A stretch of DNA of 64,000 nucleotides from Isurus oxyrinchus (taxonomy: Eukaryota): assembly GCA_026770705.1 (NCBI GenBank), contig JANJGN010000005.1, forward strand, positions 124,310,001 to 124,374,000, in the 5' to 3' direction. The notes beneath the pieces were generated by a model that had not been told where the DNA came from, made no database searches, and was given only the letters and a program-made list of their open reading frames with translations. Position numbers and translations under genes: made by a program. Each line of letters begins with the position of its first letter. The first letter of the stretch is position 1. This document shows, piece by piece, positions 11,190 through 23,829 of the stretch.

Positions 11190-13410
11190 GTGGCGACTAA
11201 GTAGCCTTCTTTGTCTTGGATGATGTCAAGCTTCTTGAGTGTTATTGGAACTGCACTCATCAAGGCAAGTGAAGAGTAGCCTATCACAACTTCTGTTTGC
11301 AGGTGGTGGACAGGATTGGAGGAGTCAGGAGGCGAGTTAATGCTGCAGAATTCTCAGCCTCTGACCTACTCTTGCAGCCAAAGTATTTATATGCCTGATT
11401 CAGTTAAGTTTCTGGTCAATGATGACCCCCAGCGACAAGAATGCCACTGAATGTCATGGGGAGTTAGGTCATCCACCTGGCACTTCTGGTTGAAGATGAT
11501 TACAAAATGTTTCAGCCTTGTCTTTTGCACTGATGTGCTGGGTTCCGCCATGATTGAGGAAAGGGATGCCATCCAATAATTGTCCACCACCATTCACAAT
11601 TGGATGTGGCAAAACTGCAGAGTTTTGGTCTGATCTGTTGGCAGTGGGATTGCTATTCTCTGTCTATAGTAAGATGCTTTGACTTTTAGCATTCATACAG
11701 TCATGGGTTGTAGCTTCACCAGGTTGGCATCTCATTTTTAGTTATGTCTGGTGCTACTCCCGGCATGCTCTCCAACACTGCTCACTGAATCAGGGGCAGT
11801 CCCTTGGCTTTTTAAAAAAAACTGTTCTTGGAATGTATCTCTGGCTAGGCCAGCATTTCTTACTCAGCCCTAATTATCCTTGAGAAGGTGGCGGTGAGCT
11901 GCCTTCTTGAACTGCCACAACCCATGTGGTGGAAGTACACCCATAGTGCTGTTAGGAAAGGAGTTCGAGGCTTTGACACAGCAACAAAAAGGAACAGCAA
12001 TCTAGTTCTGAAACAAGATGGTGCCTGATCTGGAGAGGAACTTGCAGGTAGTGGCTTTCCCATGTGCCTTCTGCCTTCTTCCTTTTAAGTGGTAGAGGTG
12101 CAGGCTTGGAAGGTGCTGTCGAAGAAGCCTTGGTAAATTGCTGCAGTGCATCTTGAATGGTATACACTGCTGCCACTGTGCATTAGTGGTGAGCAGAGTG
12201 AATGTTTAAGATGGTGGATGGGGTGCTGACCAAACAGGCTGTTTTGTCACAGATGGTGTGGATCTTCTTGAGTGCTGTTAGAGCTGCACTCATCCGGCAA
12301 GTGGAGAATATTCTATCAAATCCTGACTTGTGACTTACAGATGGTGCGACAGGCTTTGGGAAGTCAGAAGGTGAGTTATTCGCCACAGGATTCCTAGCCT
12401 CTAACATACTCTTGTAGTCACAGTATTTATACAGCTGGCCCAGTTAAGTTTCTGGTCAAAGGTAACCCTAGGATGTTGATGGCGGGGTATTCAGTGATGG
12501 TAATGTCAGGAGGCGATGGTTAGATTCTCTCGTGTTGGAAATAGTCATTGCCTAGCATGAATGTTACTTACCATTCATCAGCCTAAATGCTGTCTAGGTC
12601 TTGCTGCATGCTTCATTATCTGAGGGGTTTCAAACGATACTGAACATTGTGCAATCATTACCAAATGAGCCCACTTGTGATCTTATATTGGATGGATGAT
12701 GATTGATGAAGCAGATAAGATGGTTGGGTCTAGTATACTACCCTGGGGAACTACATATGACTCCAACCAGTGGAGAGATGCCCCCAACCCGATTCTCACA
12801 AACTTCAATTTTACTAGGCTCCTTGCTATCACACTTGGCATTTCTGGCTGAAGATGGCTGCAAATGCTTCAGCTTTGTCTTTTGCATCAGCATGCTGGGC
12901 CCCGCCATCATTCAAATTGAGGATGCCTATGGAATCTCCTCCTCCAGCTAGTTGTTTAAATGTCCACCACCATTCATGACTGGATGTTTCAGGACTGTAG
13001 AGCTTTGAACTGATCCGTTGGCTGTGGGATCGTTTAGCTCTGCCTAAAGAATTTTGCTTCTGCTGAATACTAATGGCAGAGTGAATGATACCCCAGGCCA
13101 TGTGGTTACAGATTGCGTTTGAATAAAATTCTGCTAGATCTACTCTGAGTCTATCACATTTAACACAGTAATATCATCACAAAACACATTGGCGTGGTAC
13201 AGTACTTGGTTTCCACAAGGGCTGTGTAGTGGTCACTTCCAGTAATACTGTCATGGACAGATGCATCTGCAACAGGTAAATTGGTGAGGATGAGGTCACG
13301 TAGGTTTTCCTTTTTGTTGTTTCTCTCACCACATGCCACAGGCCCAGTCTGGCAAATAAATCCTTCAGGACTCAGCCAGCTCTGTCAGTGGCAGTGCGAC
13401 TGAGCCACTT
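11190..13410 (-). mobile_element. Rearranged fragments of a CR1-group LINE (family B)
   Basis: Reverse complement of the element at 25135-26370, with a 3' end near 11810. Minus translation near 13200-13300 includes an APE endonuclease C-terminus (LILTNLPVADASVHDSITGSDH). Confidence 0.8.
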
Positions 13411-13974
13411 GGTTTATTGAAACTGAATTAAAAAACTATATTAAACAATTTAATTGTTCCATTAGTGCACACTAGCCAGTTTCTTAGTAAGTTCATTTTA
13501 TTTTTATAAACTTTAAAAAAAATCTTAACTATGTTCCCTCTAAATTTTCTTGTTACTAGGTGGGCTACAAACTACTCTCAGCTCTGAGCTGTACATGGGC
13601 AGCTTATGATGTCAAAAGAAAAGATTCTTCAGAAAAGGGGCACAACTTCAATGTGCGGTATGCTGCAATTTACTTCAAAGTCATGCACCTAAGATGAACC
13701 ATTGCCCCTCTCACTGTCCTCTACTTGAAAATTCCATTCAGCTTCACCTCTCACTGCTTCCAACCCATATCTTCTCTAACAGTCAACGTTATAATTCTAC
13801 TCCCACATATACCAATCCATCTCTCCTCTAACAGGTCACACTATACTTCTACTCTCACATCTTCAACTCCACTGCTCTTCTCACTGGTCCCACTCTCTTT
13901 CTCTCTGCACATTCTATTCTCCCCCTTCCCTCACAAACATCCCAATCTCCCTGTTCCCTCATACATACCCCGTT

Positions 13975-15010
13975 CCCCCCTCTCCTCTCCACACCCGCCC
14001 CCTTCTCCCTCTCCCCCTTCTTCCTCTCCATACACGCGCCCCCTTCTCCCTCTCCCCCTTCTCCACAAACCCGCCCCCTTCTCCCTCTCCATACACGCGC
14101 CCCTTCTCCCTCTCCACACACGCGCCCCCTTCTCCCTCTCCACACACGCGCCCCCTTCTCCCTCTCCCCCTTCTCCCTCTCCACAAACCTGCCCCCTTCT
14201 CCCTCTCCATACACGCGCCCCCTTCTCCCTCTCCACACATGCGCCCCCTTCTCCCTCTCCACACATGCGCCCCCTTCTCCCTCTCCATACACGTGCCCCC
14301 TTCTCCCTCTCCACACGCGCCCCTTTCTCCCTCTCCACAAACCCGCCCCCTTCTTCCTCTCCATACATGCGCCCCCTTCTCCCTCTCCACACACGCACCC
14401 CCTTCTCCCTCTCCACACACGCACCCCCTTCTCCCTCTCCCCCTTCTCCCTCTCCACAAACCCGCCCCCTTCTCCCTCTCCATACACGCGCCCCCTTCTC
14501 CCTCTCCACACACGCGCCCCCTTCTCCCTCTCCACACACGCGCCCCCTTCTCCCTCTCCACACACGCGCCCCCTTCTCCCTCTCCATACACCCGTTCCCT
14601 TCTTCCTCTCCATACATGCGCCTTCTCCCTCTCCACACACGCGTCCCCTTCTCCCTCTCCACAAACCCGCCCCCTTCTCCCTCTCCATACACCGTCCCCT
14701 TCTCCCTCTCCATACACCCGTCCCCTTCTCCCTCTCCATACACCCGTCCCCTTCTCCCTCTCCACACATGCGCCCCCTTCTCCCTCTCCACACACCCGTC
14801 CCCTTCTCCCTCTCCATACACCCGTCCCCTTCTCCCTCTCCATACACCCGTCCCCTTCTCCCTCTCCATACACCCGTCCCCTTCTCCCTCTCCATACACC
14901 CGTCCCCTTCTCCCTCTCCATACATGCGCCCCCTTCTCCCTCTCCATACACGCGTCCTCTTCTCCCTTTCCACACACGTGTCCCTTTCTCCCTCTTCTCC
15001 TCACACGTGT
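13975..15010. repeat. Minisatellite, ~27-bp unit CCCCTTCTCCCTCTCCA(C/T)ACAC(G/C)CG(C/T)
   Basis: Dozens of directly visible tandem units with local variants (ACAAACCCG, ACACATGCG, ACACCCGT). Confidence 0.96.
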
Positions 15011-15779
15011 ACCCTTCTCCATCTCACCCCTGGGCTACTGGCTGTTTCCTGACACAAGAGCTTGCAATTTCAGAAGTAAATGAAATTTGAAAACAGCTGG
15101 GAAGACACAAACGTCTTGAAAGTCTGAATTTAGATCGTAAACAACCCTAAAAATCCATTCATCTTGACATACAGTGAAAGTAAACTTACCTAATCTGGCC
15201 TTTTGTCCATTATCAATTAACCTAGATAACCTCAATTAACTGGTGCTTTCCAGGCTGCTATATGTGACTCCGTCAATAATAAAGGTAGTTGAATGTGCAT
15301 GCTCCATATAAATGATCAATTAGCCAATCTGCATCATAAACAGAATGCATTAGGGCCTCACTGAGGTTTAATCCATTGATCATTCACCTCATACTCAGGC
15401 TTTATGTGGATACGATGAGCAATGCAGGTATAGCTGTTGTGGGCCTTTTTGGGCGAGGTTGAGTCGTGGGTCATTGAAGACTGACAAATGGGAAGCACTC
15501 CCGAGCCTCGTTCTAATGCTGGGTTGGCAATCAGACCCTCCTTGGGCCTCATGGCTTTCCTCTAGATCAGCCCCTCTCCTCACAGGCTGACCAGCTACCA
15601 AGGAATTTTCCCGAGTCTCCCCGCTTCTCCTCCCCCTACTTCCCCTGCACACCATCCCATCCCAAAATCCTGGGATGAAGTATCTGGAGCCCTTTGACCT
15701 TATGAAGTTCATTCTCTCCCTGGGCTCTGAGGTCTTGTCCGGTTCCTCACTTCTAGTGGGTGTCTATGTGCACTACTTA

Positions 15780-16262
15780 TTTCTGACACATAACCCCCTC
15801 CCCGCTCGAACTTGCTGTTCTTTCAATCAGAGTCTCCCTCCTGTACTCGTTGCTACTCCAATCATTGATTTTCTCTCTACTGCACTCAATACTCCTTAAT
15901 TAAGAGTTTCCCTCTCTCCCATGTTCACTGCTTCTCCAATTATATTCACTCATCCCCACGCTGGCTACTCCTCCAATCGCAGATTCCATCTCTCCTATGT
16001 TCATTGCCTCTCCAATCACCATTTCCCAATGTCCCGCACACGCTGCTCCTCCAGTCACAGATCCCATCCCTGCTGCTCCTCCAATCAGCAATTTCTTCTC
16101 TCCTGCTCCTCCAATTAGTGATTCTTTCTCTCATACTCTCTACTCCTCCAATCACAGTTTCCCTTCTTTCTGCACTTGCTGGTCGTCCAATCACAGGCTC
16201 CTCCTCTCACACTCTCTGCTCTTCCAATCACAGTTGCATTTTCCCTTTCTTGCTCCACCTAC
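15780..16262. repeat. Degenerate tandem repeat, ~30-35-bp unit around CTGCTCCTCCAATCAC
   Basis: (C)TCCAAT(C/T) recurs about every 30-35 bp, more than 10 times. Confidence 0.8.
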
Positions 16263-16767
16263 TCGAGCTTTTAATTATTAGGGTTTGATGTTCAGCTTCA
16301 CTCCCTGCTTGAGACTGTTGTGAGCAGCCAATTTGTTACAATGTACTGAACATTTAAAATAGTTGGAACATTGGTGCTTACTCGTGCTGAAATAAAATGA
16401 GCACAATTTGAAGATTCTTTCCTATGCCATTCATTGGAATCTCGCAATTTCAACTTGGGGGCAGAGGTGGGCCCTGATTTTGGGAAACTGAATCTTTAAA
16501 CATGTGGAAAAGATGGTGGAAAACACAAGAGCAAGTGCTTCTGGCGGTACCTCACCCACATTTTAAATTTCCCAACCTTTTGTGCAGAAAACAAGCAGAA
16601 AGGTCTTCAATTTTCTTCTTTAATTGATAATAGTGTTAACCCCTCCTATTCGCTTTTCTCCTTTTGTATCTGCACATTCTCCGATTACTAAGTCGAAATA
16701 ATAAGCAAGAAGCAAGTGAACAATTTCCTCCCTTTACTCATGTTCGAAATGCCTCATTTTAACAGGT

Positions 16768-16781
16768 GTGCCACCTAGTGG
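16768..16781 (-). promoter_or_regulatory. CTCF core motif CCACTAGGTGGCAC
   Basis: 14/14 match to the consensus CCASYAGRKGGCRS, in sequence not recognised as a repeat. Confidence 0.6.
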
Positions 16782-17759
16782 CCTAAAAAAGATCCAAATT
16801 CTCATGTACTATTAGACTGGCAACAAGCATCAACCAGTTTCAAGACGTTCACCCATAATCACAAAGCAAGAAATTAAAATTCAGCTTCCTAAAGCAACGC
16901 TGAAGGCCTCACATGTATCTGTAAAAATGGATAGAATCCTATCCCAAAAAAAGTGAATTTTGATTGCTTCACATTCGCATTCTTGATAAATGTGGAATAC
17001 TTTCCACATGCTTGATAAATCCAAGTAACTGCTTTGCCGTGATTGCTAGCAACCAATCAGCTTGGGATATCTGGGGAATAGCAGTGACTGAAGAAAATAG
17101 GAAGCTAAAATTCTGTGTGTTTAATTAGTTTTTTTCGCTCAGCAGTGAGCAGAAATATAGCTTAAGAAAGGAAATTAATAAAACCAAGTAAAATGCTGAT
17201 GGAATCTAGACAAAAATATAAAATGCTACACTGTTTGGAATTTTCCAGCTGTTTCAGAAACAGCAATTATTCCTGCATTTCATAAAGGTAACAAAAATTC
17301 ATTAATAATTTGTCTAATGCAGTTAACAGCACTATGAAGTGGAAAAGATCTACAAAATTTAAATCAATTTCAAAGTGACTAAAATAGTTAAAAAGAAAAC
17401 CAAGCAAAAAATTAGATATCAGAACACCTGGACCGGACCCTCAGTGTATTAACAATGATTTGAGGTCTACTTATATTCTCCTGGGTAAGCCATTTAATTA
17501 ATGCTTGTTTAGGAAAAGTACTTGAAATTATGTTAGGAGTAAATATAAGGGATCACACTGAAAGTAATTAGAAATGGTGAGCATGATTTTAGGTTGGGAG
17601 CTTGTGCTGGAAGAATTTTAAATTGTCTTGACAGAGTTACATACCTTCTGGCCAACAGTGAGAGAGTGAGCATTATTAACTGAAATTTACAAAGGCACTA
17701 TACAATATAAAGGGCAAGGTTCAGGATAATGGAATGGGTTGGAGAAAAGGCAACTTGAA

Positions 17760-18180
17760 ATAAATAAACATTTATTTAACACCTTATCATGTAAAGCCAA
17801 AATATTTAAAGGCAAAATGTCCTGAGATGGGTTATAGTGCTAAAGAGTTCATTTTTGAGCTGGCTTTTGAAGGTGTGAATGAGTTTAAGAAAGGTTGTGT
17901 CAGAGGGTGGGTGGAGGCTGTGAATGAAACTGAAGGGGAGGTAGGAAGATTCTGAAGAGCAGACAGCATGAACTGACAGAAAACTGGAGGAAGTGGCAGA
18001 GCTAGGAAAGGGCAAGGCCATGGAGATGAGGAAAATTTTAATTGCTAAATTGAGTGATGCAGAACTAATGATGGTTGACAAGGAGAGGGACAAAAGCAGA
18101 GAAGTTAGTGTAAGATACTATGTGGGTGGCAGAGACTTGGACAAATTCAGATTTACATGAGGTGAATCTAGGAATGTTAT
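17760..18180 (-). mobile_element. Old L2-type LINE 3' fragment
   Basis: Diverged similarity to the reverse complement of the L2 3' region at 8750-9250. Confidence 0.5.
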
Positions 18181-18862
18181 TGAGGACAAAAGTCTACCAT
18201 TTTTTCCTCCAAAACATTAACTATCATGTCCCTACCTCAGCCTCTGTGCTGTCAATGTATCTGTACTTTTTTAGCCTCTCATGAATCTCAGCTAAAACCT
18301 CAGCTAAATCATTTGCAGCTATCAGAGCCAAAAAGGAATTCCCATCTTACTAACTTTCAAGGTATTTTGAAAGCAGCAACAAAAACAAAAATGAAGGAAA
18401 GCATTGAAAGAAAAATATCCAAATTTAATTAGTTAATGCAAAATAAAAAACTGAACAACAATCTTTTAAGACGTGTACTTAAGTAGGTCACGTTCCAGGA
18501 TTACACATGCACCCATTTTATACAGGCAAGCTTAGATCAGATAGTTACTGACTCATTCAAATAATTTTGTAAGTTATAAATGAGGTTTTCCTGGCCCTAG
18601 GGGCAAAGTGCTCCTGTAGACAGGAAATTCTTCACTGGACAATATATCATGGCTTCACTACCAGCAGAGAAGCTTCCTGACCAAATTTTCCTGGCATCCC
18701 CGCCCAGTGAAGCTCTGCTCCTGGTGAGGGCTTGTATAAAATTCATTATCTGCCCTCTAATAGCTAGTTGTGACTAAGTTTAAACAAAATACAGCAGAAA
18801 ATACACTGATCCACAGTCTACCAAGGTGGAGAAAGACATGGGCACAATACTAAATAGACATG

Positions 18863-19510
18863 GGGCAGCCTTCTCCGGTCAGCGAGCTGACATTTAAAAT
18901 GACGCGGGGTGACGTCAGGCGTACGTCCCGAAGTGACCCCGCATCATTTAGATTCTCAGTTCAGCGGTTGCGTAGCTGACTCGGCTGCACACTCCTCGAC
19001 CTGTCAACGGCCTATTAAGGCCATTAAAAAAGTAATTAAAATGATTCATGGAACTGCCCATCCAACCTTAAGGTTGGCAGGCAAGCGAAGAACCCAAGAG
19101 GCCTTCTGAAAAAGTATGAAACCTCATCCATGGGTGGGATGAGATTTCATGAGGGATTTAAAATGTTTAAAATTATTTAAAATTTTAAATAAAAGTAATG
19201 CACAGTGTCACATGAGGAGATATGTCAGGAAAAATGCTTACCTTTAATAAATTTTTTAAAGTTCAACCGATCTCCCTGAGGCAGCACTTTGCCTCAGAGA
19301 GATCTGTGCATGGAAGACTTGCACAGGGAATCCACCCCCCACACCAACCTGCACAGGGAGTGGACAGCGCTTCCGAACGGATGTCATGCTAGCTGGGCCT
19401 TAATTGGCCTGCCCACGTAAAATGGTGGCGCACCCCCGAACGGGGGCACCAATCGGGAACTCACCCGCTCCCGCACAACCCCCCTCCCAACGGGGGGGAA
19501 AATGCTGCCC
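18863..19510. mobile_element. Non-autonomous DNA transposon (MITE, PIF/Harbinger-like)
   Basis: TIRs GGGCAGCCTTCTCC / GGAAAATGCTGCCC (12/14); 3-bp flanking duplication ATG (18860-18862, 19511-19513); related copy at 37753-38144. Confidence 0.75.
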
Positions 19511-19671
19511 ATGGAATCAGTGTGCAAGAGATTAATATTCCTTTGCAGAATGTTATTCTTACAGTTTTCTGAAATGTAAGTTTATTTGGATAAATCAGCT
19601 GAGCTTTCTTTTTTGTGAATGCATAGTGCACAATCTCAAATTGTATCGTGAACCTTAGGCTTTTATTCATT

Positions 19672-20075
19672 CGAGTTTAGAAAAATGAAGGGTGATCTTA
19701 TTGAAATGTACAAGATTCTGAGGGAGCTTGACAGGGTAGATGTTGAGAAGATGTTTCCACCAGTGGGGAAATCACGAACTAGGGCACGTAGTTACAGAAC
19801 AAGGGGGCACTTAATTAAAACTGAGAAGTGAAAGAATTTCTCCTCTCAGAGGGTAGTGAATGTTTGGAATTCTCTACCCCAGAGAGTTGTAGAGGCTAGA
19901 TCTCAAAGTATTTAAAGAGGAGGTAGATAGATTTTTGAAATATCATGGAGTTGAGGGCTATAAGGAGCTGGCACGAAAGAGGAGTTGAGGCCTGAGGCAG
20001 ATCAGTCATGATCTTACTGAATGGCAGGGTAGGCTTGAAGGGCCAAATGGCCTACTCCTATTTCTTATGTTCTTA
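19672..20075 (+). mobile_element. CR1 LINE 3' fragment (family A)
   Basis: GDLIEMYKILR…RTRGH…FFSQRVVNVWNSLP-type CR1 ORF2 C-terminus, and a 3' UTR ending ggccaaatggcctactcct. Confidence 0.88.
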
Positions 20076-20689
20076 AAGCATCCACTGCTCATGGTGTTTT
20101 TTTGGCTATAACTAAAAACAAGCAATTGAGAACAGGATATTTATTGTGTGGAACTGTTTGGTGTGAAGCCATTTCTTGTAAAGTAGACAGGTAAATGGGA
20201 AAATACCACCATGGTATCATGGGGAGCACGCGCTTGAAAAGAGGTATAAGGCAGAAAAAAGGGAATTTGGGAGCACTGATACTAATCATCCAAAATAAAG
20301 AGTTTCCTCACGCAGTACTGACATACCCCACAAATATGATTAGAATTATTTCAAGGAATATTAATAAAATAATTAGAGCTATACAATTTATTCTTCTGTA
20401 CCCAATCACCATTTAAAGCTTTTTCAGTTGAATGATGAATGCTACATATGGTAAACCAAGTGGCATTTCAGATTTTCCTTCAAGTGCAAAGTTCATGGGA
20501 TATGGTCATTCCAGCAGATAAATTTCAACATTTTGAAAGGCTATTATGCTGAAAATATACTGTCAGTCCTACAAGATCATTGCTCATACCTGCTATCCTC
20601 TCCATACATTTGAATTGCAGTATTGGGACAAACATTCTACAACCATTGTTAAGCATTACAAGATCGAATCCATAGTCCATCCCTGTCAC

Positions 20690-21795
20690 ACCCTTGCCAA
20701 CAATTTCATCCACACTCCTGGCTATTGCCTCAAATCGAACCTGAGCACTCACAACCTCAGCCTATCTGACTCCCAGCCGAGCTTTGGATCCCCTATCAGC
20801 TTCATCATAATGACTGCTTCCGTTCACTCCATAATATTGCTGGTCTCAGCCCTTGCTTCAGCCAATTTGCTACTGAAACTTCATCCATATCTTTCTTACC
20901 TCCCCATTCAGCTATTACAATACTCTTATAGTAAGGCACCCCTGTGATTGCTGACCTGCACTGGATCCCAGTCCCCAAAATTCTTGATCTTAAAATTCTA
21001 ATCCACATATTCAAGTTCCTTGCCAGTGCCTGCTGTGGCTCAGTTCGTAGCACTCTCGCCTGCATCAAAATGTTCTGGTTTCAGGTCCCCTCCAGGGCTT
21101 AAGCACAAAAATCAAGACTGACATTCCAGCGCAGTACTAAGGGAGAGCTGTCAGAGGTGGCGTCTTTCAGATGAACTCTAAGCTGAGGCCCCATCTGCCT
21201 ACTTTGCTGGATGTAAATGATCCAATGGTACTATTTTGAAGAAGGGCAGGAGAGTTAGCCCTAGTGTCCTGGCTGATAATCTTTTAGTCAACATTACAAA
21301 AACAGATTATCTGGTCATTATCTCACAGCAATTTGTGGGAATTTGCTCTGCGCAAATTGCTGTGTTTCCCACAATACAACAGTGAATATGCTTCACAGGT
21401 ACTACATTGGCTGTAAAGCTGTTTGAGGTGTCTGGTGGTCCTGAAAAGGGCTACATAAATGCAAGTATTTTTTTGTTTTCTGTTAGTCATTCTGTAACCT
21501 CCTCTATCCATAAAAAGCTCTGAGAATTGTCCTACAACTCTGGTCCCTAATTCATCCTCCACTCCCTTTGTCAAACCTTTGGCAGCCAAGCCTTCAGTTG
21601 TATGGGCCCTAAGCCCCGGAAATCCTGCCATAAATATCTCAACCTCTCCTCCTTTAAACCTACCTCTTCCAAGTTTTTTGTCATCCCTCCCAATACCTTC
21701 TTTGCTTCTGTTTTGACTTTTGTCTGATTATGACTCTGTGAAGCACCTTGGGAAACTTCTATATTAAAGGTGCTATGAAAATAAATGGGTAAATA
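20690..21795 (+). mobile_element. L2-type LINE 3' fragment interrupted by a DeuSINE
   Basis: L2 sequence at 20690-21025 resumes at ~21490 and ends …ggtgctatgaaaataaat. Confidence 0.65.
21028..21470 (+). mobile_element. DeuSINE (SacSINE1/AmnSINE-like, tRNA head)
   Basis: Head tgtggctcagttcgtagc. Deu-domain-like core tgtcagaggtggcgtctttcagatga…gaggccccatctgcc…gatgtaaatgatcc…ctattttgaagaagggcagg…gtgtcctggc. L2-like tail. Confidence 0.8.
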
Positions 21796-21799
21796 GGCT

Positions 21800-22840
21800 A
21801 AAAGGTATGGCGGTAAATAAACTCTGGGAAACATTTAAGGAAATAATTCAAAAAGTTCAACAAAAATACATTCCATTGAAAAACAAAAACTCAGCATGAC
21901 CCTACCATGGCTCAGCTAGGAAGTTAAGGATATTTATTGGATTAAAAGACGAGGCTTCAAATGTTTCAAAGAACAGTAGCAAGTCTGAGAATTGGAAGTG
22001 TTTTAGAAACCAGCAAATGACTACCAAAAGTCGATAAAATGAGGGAAAAAAATGAATTTGAGAGTAAACTAGTCGAGAGACATGAAAACAAATTGTCAGA
22101 ATATTTTATAAGGATATAAAAAGGAAGACAGTAGCTAATGTAAACTCTGATCCGTCACAAGTAGAGGCAGGAGAAATTATCATGGGGAATGAGGAAATGG
22201 TAGAGGCATTGAACAATTATTGCATGTCTGTCTGTCTTCACAGTAGGAGACACAAGTTTCATACCAGAAATAGAGGGTAACCGAGGGGCTAAAAAGATTG
22301 AGGAAATTAACATAATTAATTTCTGCAGAGAAAAAAGTACTGGAGAAACCTATGTGATTAAAATGTGACAATTCCCTGGAACTTGATGGCCTACACCCTA
22401 GGAATCTAAAAGAGACAGCTGCAAGAGATAGTGAATGCACTGGCTACAATTTTACAAACTTTTTTAGATTTGGAAATGGTCCCACGAGATTTGAAGTTAG
22501 AAAATCTAACACGGCTTTTCAAGAAAGGACAGAGAGAGAAAACAGGAAACTACAGGCCAGTTAGCCTAATGTCAGTCTTTGGGAAAATGCTGGAATCTAT
22601 TATTAAGAAAGTCATAATAACGCACTTAGACAAATATAGTATGATTAGAACATGCTTTTACAAAAGGGGAATCCTATTTGACAAATTAATTAGTTTTTTG
22701 AAGCTGTAACTAGTACATAGGTAAAAGGGAAGATGTAGCATACCTGGACTTCCAAAAGGCATCCGACAAGGTGCCACAGAAAAGGTTAATAGGTAAAATA
22801 AGGGCTCATAGAGTTGAGGGTAATATATTAACATGAATAC
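21800..22840 (+). mobile_element. CR1 LINE ORF2 fragment (family A)
   Basis: LFKKGQREKTGNYRPVSLMSVFGKMLESII; YLDFQKASDKVP. Confidence 0.9.
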
Positions 22841-22849
22841 AGATCTATC

Positions 22850-23770
22850 CTAACTCCCTGACCACCTGACAACCACCAACCATCTGACCCATCCTACCCC
22901 GAAGACAAATCTGAGCTCTCTCCCACTGACTACCCGACCTAACCTAGCGGCCCCCTCCCACTGACCACTCGACCCACCCAACCCCCTCCTGACCCATGCT
23001 CACCCCCACCCCACTGACAACCCAACCCCACCCTCCCACCAACCCATCCGAGCTCCCACTTACCACCCGACTCCATTGACCCCTTCAACCCCCAATCACC
23101 TGACCCTCGACCCATCTTAGCCCCACCCCCACTGACCACCCCAAATCATCCTAATCCTCAACCACTGACCACCCAACTGCTCTGACCAATCCCAGCTACT
23201 GTCCTCACAGACTACCCAACCATCCCCCCACCCATCCCAACCCCCATCACTGACCAGCCCCGACCTATCCTAGCCCCCCATCACTGACCAGCCCCGACCT
23301 ATCCTAGCCCCACCACCACTGACCACCCGACACCCGCCCCCGGCCCATCCTAGTCCCCCCACCACTGACCGCCCAACACCCCACACTGACCACCCCAACT
23401 GACCATCCAACCCTCCTGCCCCAACCACTGACCCCCCCAAAACCCCTGACCCATCCTATACACCGTCCCCCCACCCCCGTCCCCATCCTACCCACTTAAC
23501 TTATACACTTCTACGTGGCTTCTCAAAACGCCTGGATTTTTAAATTTACCAGCTTTGCAGCAGCTAGTGACATAAAAAAGTGGCGTGGTTTCCTTTCCCC
23601 TGACTCTGCTGCCCTGCACTGGAGGCCTCGAGAACCCACTGCAGTGCATTTTTCTCATCTGGCCTGAGCTGGAAGGTCAGATGAGGAAGGTGAAGCTCCT
23701 GGCTAAGGTAGGAAAAAAGGAGCAAAGTGGCAATCTGACTGTGATTGCCACTCCTCGGAAGTTCTGACCC
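22850..23770. repeat. C-rich degenerate tandem repeat (CCCACTGACCACCC…) to ~23495, probably within a truncated MITE
   Basis: Repeated ccactgacc/ccatcctag units. The block ends GGAAGTTCTGACCC at 23770, similar to the MITE TIRs elsewhere. Confidence 0.65.
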
Positions 23771-23829
23771 TGAGTATTTTTAAATTTCAAAAAATATAAA
23801 GAATTTACCTTGCTTATGAATAGCAGAAA

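Noticed and set aside
13975-15010. CRISPR-like regular repeat appearance (also 1975-4236 and 15780-16262)
   Set aside because: There are no unique spacers and no cas genes, and the context is vertebrate. These are ordinary tandem repeats.
13725-15090. ORFs of 283-452 aa with repeated peptide units
   Set aside because: Products of the 27-bp minisatellite; open in nearly all frames and with no supporting gene structure.
15183-15195. AG|GTAAGT on the minus strand as a possible recursive splice site
   Set aside because: There is no polypyrimidine tract upstream of the AG, so it is only a donor-like motif.
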